Shown here: positions 39,051 to 45,808 of the stretch, piece by piece
Layout: every line of letters begins with the position of its first letter
How positions within the stretch are numbered: position 1 is the first letter of the stretch
Assembly: GCA_039818205.1 (NCBI GenBank)
Contig: JBCBUK010000020.1
Span: 1 to 55,850, forward strand
Direction: 5' to 3'
Length of the DNA: 55,850 nucleotides
From: Verrucomicrobiota bacterium
GTDB lineage: Bacteria > Verrucomicrobiota > Verrucomicrobiia > Opitutales > Cerasicoccaceae
Notes under the pieces: generated by a model
Told to the model about the DNA's origin: nothing
Databases searched by the model: none
Seen by the model: the letters and a program-made list of their open reading frames with translations, nothing else
Translations under genes and position numbers: made by a program

Positions 39051-40184
39051 ATGGCAACCTGGTACCCCCATCACCTCGCACGGCTGCAGCGCGTGTTGGA
39101 GCTGTTGCCTCCTCCATCGGATCTCCAGCATCCCGCTGAAGAAGAGCCAACACCTTCCCAAGAGATTAATTGCACCACAGATATTCAGGAAGCTGAGTTT
39201 ACTGTCCCAAGCGCGAAACCTCTGACGAACCAAACTGCTGAGGCGTTTTATGGCGAGTGCGCCTGGAGCAAGGACTCGATTGAATCTGAAGTTATTGAGG
39301 TCGAAGAACCGGATCGAGCAGATCCGTTTGAGAATCCAACTGCAACGAACCTCATCGATGAAGAGCTCGATTCCCAAATCGAAAACCAACAAACTGCTCG
39401 AACGTTCCTAGCAGAAGTGAACTGGAGCGGAACTGACAAAGTTCAATCGAATCCAGTAGAGCAACCCCAAGCGGAGACTATCTCCGCATCAAGCTTTCTA
39501 TCAGGAGCCGCGTGGCTAACATCAGAGAATCTGGAGACGGAAGAACCACTGGCCGAGGAACCACTAACATCAGTGGCCAATGAGGTTGCTGCGGAAATCG
39601 ATATTCCAGTCGAGGCAAAGGAATTCTTCCAAGGAGTTCCTTGGGGAGAGCCCATGAGCGAAACCGAATCTCTGATTGAGCCGACTAAGGAGCCACAGGA
39701 AACCAGTCCGATATCTGCTGAACCAATCGAGCTAGAGGAATCGCCGAACCCCGTTTCAGATTCCCCGTATTCTGAAGAAGAGCTCGTTCCCGCTGACAAC
39801 CCTTCCCGACTGTTCTTTGCGCAAGCGAACTGGGCACATCGTTCAGCTAGCCAGTCAAACTCGACCACCGACTTACCGGCAGATTCTCTGCCCGAAGCGC
39901 AGCCTGAATTTCAGGAAGAGACAAGTCACAATCCCCCTGAAGAACCCGCGCAACCGATCGCTAGGCCTCAACCTGTTATCTCATCGGAAAAGCGCTACCC
40001 ACAACCGGAAGACTTTGGTGAGCCCAAGCATAGGATTACCATTGAGATTCCACCAAGAGAAGCTGCCAAAAGCGAAATATTAGATAGGCCAAGCTCCGAT
40101 AAGAACATACTGCAAGCGGGATTGAGCAGTGCCCGTGCAACTAGTCGGAAATTTCTACGACTATTTCGAAAACCGAAACCCTAA
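39051..40184 (+). CDS. Acidic, likely disordered protein with five FxxxxxW motifs
   Basis: E/P/S-rich; AFYGECAW, TFLAEVNW, SFLSGAAW, EFFQGVPW, LFFAQANW; ATG 39051. Confidence 0.75.
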   Translation: MATWYPHHLARLQRVLELLPPPSDLQHPAEEEPTPSQEINCTTDIQEAEFTVPSAKPLTNQTAEAFYGECAWSKDSIESEVIEVEEPDRADPFENPTATNLIDEELDSQIENQQTARTFLAEVNWSGTDKVQSNPVEQPQAETISASSFLSGAAWLTSENLETEEPLAEEPLTSVANEVAAEIDIPVEAKEFFQGVPWGEPMSETESLIEPTKEPQETSPISAEPIELEESPNPVSDSPYSEEELVPADNPSRLFFAQANWAHRSASQSNSTTDLPADSLPEAQPEFQEETSHNPPEEPAQPIARPQPVISSEKRYPQPEDFGEPKHRITIEIPPREAAKSEILDRPSSDKNILQAGLSSARATSRKFLRLFRKPKP

Positions 40185-40201
40185 TTCCTAACAAAACGTT
40201 T

Positions 40202-40777
40202 ATGAGCAATACAACCAACCCGTCCCTCCGGACACACCCTGACCTTGCCAACCTACTTCGCGATGCGGAAGCACGCAATCTTACCGATGAAGAACTCGAC
40301 TACTACCGCTCTATAGTCCCCGAGTATGAAACTAGAGCGAATGCCGCTTCGGAAATCCAAGAAGTCGGAACCGCAATTAGCGGAAAGATCGCGAAGCAAG
40401 TAACGACTGCCTACCGCTATGACGAGTTCCATGACCTCTCGACCAAGAAGTGCTTTCGGGACATTAGCCTAACGGTCAAATATGCGACTCTAGCCATGTT
40501 GATGGGAGACCCAAATTGGCTGCGAGACAAAATGCTCGTATGGTTCAAAACAATCCTCCAATCGTTCCGGTTTCCCGATATAAAACCGGGCGACAGTGGC
40601 CTAAACAACGACCAAGCCCATATTCAGAAACTCGAAGATATCCAACCCTTTCAACGTTCTATTTTCGAAACCTATACCCTCTTGGATCAGAAGATGAAGG
40701 AAGCTCTAACACCTGAATCCTACCAAGAGATCGCCCCATACCTTAACCAGGCAATCGACATCCTATCAAACGATTAA
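40202..40777 (+). CDS. Phycobiliprotein-like globin (BBAG-like) with bilin-attachment Cys
   Basis: AEARNLTDEEL (cf. AD..GRYLS..EL) and KCFRDISLTVKYATLAMLMGD (cf. ACLRD..YYLRY.TYA.LAGD). Confidence 0.85.
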   Translation: MSNTTNPSLRTHPDLANLLRDAEARNLTDEELDYYRSIVPEYETRANAASEIQEVGTAISGKIAKQVTTAYRYDEFHDLSTKKCFRDISLTVKYATLAMLMGDPNWLRDKMLVWFKTILQSFRFPDIKPGDSGLNNDQAHIQKLEDIQPFQRSIFETYTLLDQKMKEALTPESYQEIAPYLNQAIDILSND

Positions 40778-40782
40778 ACCCA

Positions 40783-41448
40783 ATGGAAAACCAAACAATT
40801 ACGAGTTGCTACAATGAACTCGGCCTAAATCGCATCCTAGATTCTGAAACCTTCAGTCTGGACGTTGTTGAAGGAGTCGTTCGCAACCCCGCACAGACAC
40901 GCGTAGTCTACTTCTCCGAGGATATTATCAAAGGAGTACACGCTGGCCTGGTTGAAGAAACAGGACCGGCTTGGACAACGATTATGCAAAACTGCGGGCG
41001 ACTTTGGGGGGAACGCCTAAGCGAACGCCTAGACCGTGAGCTTTCGTCGATGTCGAACACAAGCCTCGGAGAACTGCCAATTGGTGACTTCAACAAGTAT
41101 CTACAGAACTACTTCTCTATCCACGGTTTTGGGAAACTACTTTTAGATGTTGGACTAACCCAAGAACATGGAATCGTCATCTGCCGGCTCGAGAACAGTT
41201 TCTTTGCCCAAGTCCTGAGAGATGAGAAAGGCATGGTGGACTTCCTCCTTGCAGGAACTCTGGAAGTCCTGATTTCGAAGTTGAGCAATCATGATCTTGG
41301 ATGCATCGAGGTGGCATCCGAAAGACGAGGAGACGAATGCGGCGTATTTCTGATCTCTTCAAGCAACCGGATCGCGAAGCTCGAACCCCTCGTCGAATCG
41401 GGTGAAGACGTCGATACCTGTATAAAGGCTTTGATTGATAACGAATGA
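40783..41448 (+). CDS. Second V4R domain protein
   Basis: MQNCGRLWG, HGFGKL, LENSFFA, LAGTL, LGCIEVASERRGDECGVF. Confidence 0.82.
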   Translation: MENQTITSCYNELGLNRILDSETFSLDVVEGVVRNPAQTRVVYFSEDIIKGVHAGLVEETGPAWTTIMQNCGRLWGERLSERLDRELSSMSNTSLGELPIGDFNKYLQNYFSIHGFGKLLLDVGLTQEHGIVICRLENSFFAQVLRDEKGMVDFLLAGTLEVLISKLSNHDLGCIEVASERRGDECGVFLISSSNRIAKLEPLVESGEDVDTCIKALIDNE

Positions 41449-43199
41449 GTTCGTTGGCCAAAGTCGATGACCGTTACCGCGTAATCCGACCTGTGGGATC
41501 AGGCGGCGGAGGGAGCATGTATCTGGCCGAGGATGTATCGACTGGAAAGAACGTAGCCCTAAAGCATCTAAGCAAGCGACAGGCTCACCAAAGCGCGCTT
41601 AACGAGTTTGCGACGGTCATCCGACTTAGGCATCCGAATATCATCAACTGTTTGGATTTCTACTACCGATCTCCGAGCGACTGCGTAATCGTTTACGAAT
41701 ACATCGAAGGTGGGTCGCTTCGCGACCTTATGGAACAGCGCCCAAAATGGTCATACCATGACCTAGTAGAGTTCATTTGCCAGGCACTCGACGGGTTGAG
41801 TTTTCTCCATCAGAACAAGTTCATCCATTGCGACATCAAGCCAGAGAACATCTTGGTTCGGCGAACTGCAGATGGAAGCAATCAATACATATTAACCGAT
41901 TTCGGTATCGCGCAACGGTCGAAACCGTTTTCCGGGAAGTCTAACTGCCCAGCAGGTTCACCCGCCTATATCGCGCCAGAGATGCTATATGACGAGTACA
42001 GCTACAATGCTGATCTGTATAGCCTAGGAGTCGTCATCTATGAGATCCTCTGCGGAAAACGGCCATTCGAAGGAAGTCCGGAAGAAATCATTCGGCAGCA
42101 TCTTGGTAGTGAACCTGACTTCAATCAGATTCCCGACAGTTACCTGCGAAACTATACAATTAGCCTCCTTGAAAAAGATCGCCACAACCGGATTTCGACT
42201 GCGAACGAGGCACGAGAGCTTATCAACCTCCTCGCCCACAATCGAAACAATACCCAGCAACCCAAGACCCAAGTATCGGCGCCCAATGAAAAGTCTTCAA
42301 AGCCCCGAAGCCTAAATCAGACTTGCTTGAACCTTGAACAAATAGGTGAGGCAACGATCCCAAATCAACAGAACCCCCTACTAGGACTCAATGTAGCCAA
42401 TCAACCGCTTCTTTGTATTGATCGTGCACGTTGCTTGGAAACCATCGACCCCCTGACCGCCGAACCGCTCAATGAGTCTATTCCCAAACACGCAGCACCA
42501 ACGTTTGTTTGCGAAGACAATTCAGTAGTGTTTGCGCAGCGCGATGGCCTCAAGCGGTGGAATCTTAAAACAAAAGCGGTATCGACCATTAGCTCGATCT
42601 GTCGCAATCCGCAACGAGTTGCCGTGAGCGCTAATGGAAACTATTTTGCTTCATCCAACTACGAGGTTCTTTTCGTATGCCGGCGTGGCGACACCGTCGA
42701 GTATCGACTTGATAAACGCCAGTTAGGTTTCGATCCAATTTTTCGAGTCAGCGATCAAGGGGATCTTTGGAGCATCAGCCGAGGCGTCGTTCCAACCTAT
42801 CGCAGGTGGGACAGCAAGGGCCGGCTTACTCGTGAGGTATCACTTCAGGGACTGGTTATGGCCTATTCTGACTCATTCGATTTACGCTTGGTTGTCTGCC
42901 TCAGCAAGTCGTCCGCGTGGCACTATACGTTTCACCTGGTCGACCATTTCGACGAGAAGACTGCGACGCTGGATGCCGATCGTGTTCAAAGCATTTCGAT
43001 CACCTCAGCTGGACCGATAGTTCTCCTGCGTAGCCGGCAAGTGATGCGATTCAACGAGTCACTAACTCCAGAGATGCTTGGGCCGATGAGCGCCAACACC
43101 GACCAACTCATCTTTACCAATGACAACACATTCATATTTGAAGTCTCCAACCAAAAAAGCTCCCAGCTAGTTCGAACTTACATCAATCATGGACACTAA
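41445..43199 (+). CDS. Hanks-type Ser/Thr protein kinase with beta-rich C-terminal region
   Basis: GSGGGG, VALK, HCDIKPEN, DFG, GSPAYIAPE, DLYSLG; no obvious TM; ATGA coupling to V4R. Confidence 0.93.
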   Translation: MSSLAKVDDRYRVIRPVGSGGGGSMYLAEDVSTGKNVALKHLSKRQAHQSALNEFATVIRLRHPNIINCLDFYYRSPSDCVIVYEYIEGGSLRDLMEQRPKWSYHDLVEFICQALDGLSFLHQNKFIHCDIKPENILVRRTADGSNQYILTDFGIAQRSKPFSGKSNCPAGSPAYIAPEMLYDEYSYNADLYSLGVVIYEILCGKRPFEGSPEEIIRQHLGSEPDFNQIPDSYLRNYTISLLEKDRHNRISTANEARELINLLAHNRNNTQQPKTQVSAPNEKSSKPRSLNQTCLNLEQIGEATIPNQQNPLLGLNVANQPLLCIDRARCLETIDPLTAEPLNESIPKHAAPTFVCEDNSVVFAQRDGLKRWNLKTKAVSTISSICRNPQRVAVSANGNYFASSNYEVLFVCRRGDTVEYRLDKRQLGFDPIFRVSDQGDLWSISRGVVPTYRRWDSKGRLTREVSLQGLVMAYSDSFDLRLVVCLSKSSAWHYTFHLVDHFDEKTATLDADRVQSISITSAGPIVLLRSRQVMRFNESLTPEMLGPMSANTDQLIFTNDNTFIFEVSNQKSSQLVRTYINHGH

Positions 43200-43755
43200 C
43201 CGACGAGTGAACGTAATCATATATGGAGGAATGGATGTCCTCCAAAACATCCCACCAGCCTGGTCTGGTGACCTGATCGTTGAGGTTTCGACGAAGCCCG
43301 CACTTGCTTTTGAACTGAACCGATTAACCCCATCTGACTATCCGGGAATTGCCGGAATCCTGGGTGGCATTCCGCTCGACGAACTTAGCTGTGAAGAGTG
43401 CGAGGATAAGAAACTCATCCTAGCGCCGGGAACTGATTGTAGTCGAAATGCGATCTGGCAGGCCTTGGCAGTACTTCCGAACGCGATGGCGGACAATACA
43501 GCGACAACAGTCCTCATCCCATATAACGAATACGAAACCTGGGAAGGATGCCTCGATTTCATCGATAGCCTTAGCGCCCTCTGGGATGCCCGCATACCTG
43601 TCCAACCTGAGTTCGAAGAGACGATTCAACGCCTCACAAAAAACCCAATTCTCGAACACCTCAATTGGCTCGGCATGAAGTTCTACGCCACGGAACAGTT
43701 CATCTCGAGCGACCAATCTGAGTTTTCGGACCTGGTTCCACAACAACACCTTTAA
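43189..43755 (+). CDS. Hypothetical protein within the bilin cluster
   Basis: 188-aa ORF overlapping the kinase stop, 19 bp before heme oxygenase. Confidence 0.7.
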   Translation: MDTNRRVNVIIYGGMDVLQNIPPAWSGDLIVEVSTKPALAFELNRLTPSDYPGIAGILGGIPLDELSCEECEDKKLILAPGTDCSRNAIWQALAVLPNAMADNTATTVLIPYNEYETWEGCLDFIDSLSALWDARIPVQPEFEETIQRLTKNPILEHLNWLGMKFYATEQFISSDQSEFSDLVPQQHL

Positions 43756-43774
43756 CATAATCCCCTACCCCATC

Positions 43775-44452
43775 ATGACCTTCGCCGAAAGACTCCGAAA
43801 CGAAACAAATCAAGCTCACTCACTTGCTGAAAACGCAGCATTCATCCGTGGCTTTCTTCGCGGTTACCTCAATGTTCAATCTTACCGTCTCATGCTTCTC
43901 GGACTCGCTGACGTCTATGAAGCAATGGAAATTGCGTTGGACCGACACAAGCAGCATCCGGTTATTCAGCAGGTCTACCACGATGGCTTACGGCGTAAGC
44001 CCGTCATGAAAATGGATATCGAATACTTGACCCAGAAAGTCGATAATCCTCAGAGCCCTCAGAGCAAGGCAATTGAACGATACGTTGCCCGAATAAGAGA
44101 GCTTGAAGAATCCTCGCCCGAACTCCTGGTTGCCCACTCCTATGTTCGCTATATGGGAGATGTTTCAGGAGGCCAGATTCTCCGCAAGATTGCCGCAAAA
44201 GCCCTAAAACTGGAAGGGAACCAAGGCTTGATGTTCTATGATTTTTCAGAGCTCGGCGATATTGCAGAGTTCAAGAATCAATATCGCTCAGGCTTGAATT
44301 CTTTGCCGGTAGACGATTCCATGCGCGACGCGATCGTCGCTGAATCGATTGAGGTTTTCCGATTGAACATCGACTTTTTCAACGAACTCGAAGGCAGTTG
44401 CCTCGTTGGACTCTGGAACATCATCCGACCAACACTAAAGAAAGCGTCTTGA
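43775..44452 (+). CDS. Heme oxygenase (biliverdin-producing, cyanobacterial HO1-like)
   Basis: LRNETNQAHSLAE (proximal His), LLVAHSYVRYMGDVSGGQIL, FY.F, IVAES..VF.LN..FFNELEG. Confidence 0.93.
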   Translation: MTFAERLRNETNQAHSLAENAAFIRGFLRGYLNVQSYRLMLLGLADVYEAMEIALDRHKQHPVIQQVYHDGLRRKPVMKMDIEYLTQKVDNPQSPQSKAIERYVARIRELEESSPELLVAHSYVRYMGDVSGGQILRKIAAKALKLEGNQGLMFYDFSELGDIAEFKNQYRSGLNSLPVDDSMRDAIVAESIEVFRLNIDFFNELEGSCLVGLWNIIRPTLKKAS

Positions 44453-45162
44453 TGGCTAGCCCCGCCACACTCCCACAACCAGCATTGGACATGACCAAGC
44501 TGAACTCATGGAGCCTAAGCCAGATCCATGGGATCGAAACCGAACCCATAACCTGGCCCGACGAATTCTCATCCAACAGTCGCGGAAGTATCTCACTAAC
44601 AGCGGAAGCAATCCACCTCACCCACCTTGGGGAACTGCGGCTAGTAAACATCATCAGCCCCAAGATTTGTATCATCAATCTATTCTTCTACCCGCAGGAT
44701 GCCTCCGAACTCCCAGTCTACGCGATGGAGTATGTTCGTTTCGGCCCGAAGGCAGTCGTTGGAGTCGTCGACATGAAGTGGCTTCCAGAGCATAGAACAC
44801 CGACCTGGATTGCTAATACTATGACCGCCGTTTCCCTGGAGGTGGGCGATCTTCCTCGTGGCCAGGAGATGCCAAAATGGTATGAGGAATGCAGATCTGG
44901 AAACGACTTCTTTCTCCGGCCAGAGAACGAAGATGATCTCGATCGATCCGTCATGTGCCATCAGCTCACCTGGCTCGCATTTTTGAAAAAGCTAAGCCAC
45001 GGAGCAACTAGAGTGACCAACAATGAACCTGAGATTTGCTCGAAGCTCGTTTCCCAGTATAAGGACCACCATCGAATTAATTCCCCAGGGCTCCCATTCC
45101 TGAATCGGACCTTTGGCAAACCATGGACGGACACTTTCCTTAGCGAATTCTACTTCAAGTAG
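44452..45162 (+). CDS. Ferredoxin-dependent bilin reductase family protein (pre-PcyA/PebA/PebB-like)
   Basis: FFYP...LPVYAMEYV...VVD, MPKWY...S..DFFLRP, QY...PG..FL..TFGKPW...FL..F.F; TGATG coupling to heme oxygenase. Confidence 0.8.
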   Translation: MASPATLPQPALDMTKLNSWSLSQIHGIETEPITWPDEFSSNSRGSISLTAEAIHLTHLGELRLVNIISPKICIINLFFYPQDASELPVYAMEYVRFGPKAVVGVVDMKWLPEHRTPTWIANTMTAVSLEVGDLPRGQEMPKWYEECRSGNDFFLRPENEDDLDRSVMCHQLTWLAFLKKLSHGATRVTNNEPEICSKLVSQYKDHHRINSPGLPFLNRTFGKPWTDTFLSEFYFK

Positions 45163-45307
45163 TTTTCATTGAACGAATCCTTTTGCCAGGAGTTTTGATC
45201 GCACCATCGATCAGTTCCTGAGCCCGGAATACCTATCAATTTTCGAGACTCAAGCAATCATCCAGGCGTTACTCATGGATAGATCATTGGTTATTGATCC
45301 ACTCAAT

Positions 45308-45390
45308 CAGACTGTAGGTCTGCTCCGGTAATCGGTTCGCGCGTTTAACTCGCGCTTCCTCGACCAATCCAATGCGGTGCAAACCGCATG
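45308..45390 (+). repeat. Degenerate copy of tRNA-Tyr 3' part plus trailer (att-like)
   Basis: CAGACTGTAggTCTGcTCCGGTAATCGGTTCGCGCGTTtaAcTCGCGC...; 70/83 identity to 35103-35185. Confidence 0.9.
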
Positions 45391-45808
45391 TAAAGCGGGT
45401 GCGTATCCCCGAAAATTAGACGGGGCCGTGTCGGTCGTTTGCCGTACATCGAGCAAATTAGGCGTTATCTTTTGATAACGGAGACTTGCGCAAATTGTCA
45501 ACCAGCTTGCGAGATGTGATATTTACCGCGCTTGTCCTAGCTGATATATTATTGTATAAATTGAACATGAATGGACCTCGATCCACTCCCCCCGACTAGC
45601 CCAAAAGCCCACACTATACATCAATCCAAACACCCTTAGGCAATAGTCCGACCAAAGAGCGGAACCTCCCTCGACCCAAGTCATTCTTTCGAAGATTCGA
45701 ATGAAGCAAGATCCTCAAACAGCGTGACTTGGTCGTATCCGCTAGCCTGTAGATCTCGGGCAATTTGCCAAAGAGGAACCACTTAAATCCCTGTATCTTG
45801 AATACTCC

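Larger units (their letters stand above)
35103..45390. mobile_element. Genomic island integrated at tRNA-Tyr (no integrase seen; probably immobilised)
   Basis: Bounded by an 83-bp imperfect direct repeat (35103-35185 vs 45308-45390, 70/83 identical by hand alignment). Confidence 0.75.

Noticed and set aside
37835..45162. Reading the cluster as evidence of photosynthesis or a phycobilisome
   Set aside because: Single globin; no linkers, lyases or photosystem genes in the window; core genes are not cyanobacterial (rpoC is unsplit)
45308..45366. Possible second functional tRNA-Tyr
   Set aside because: No 5' acceptor strand or D arm; T-loop mutated
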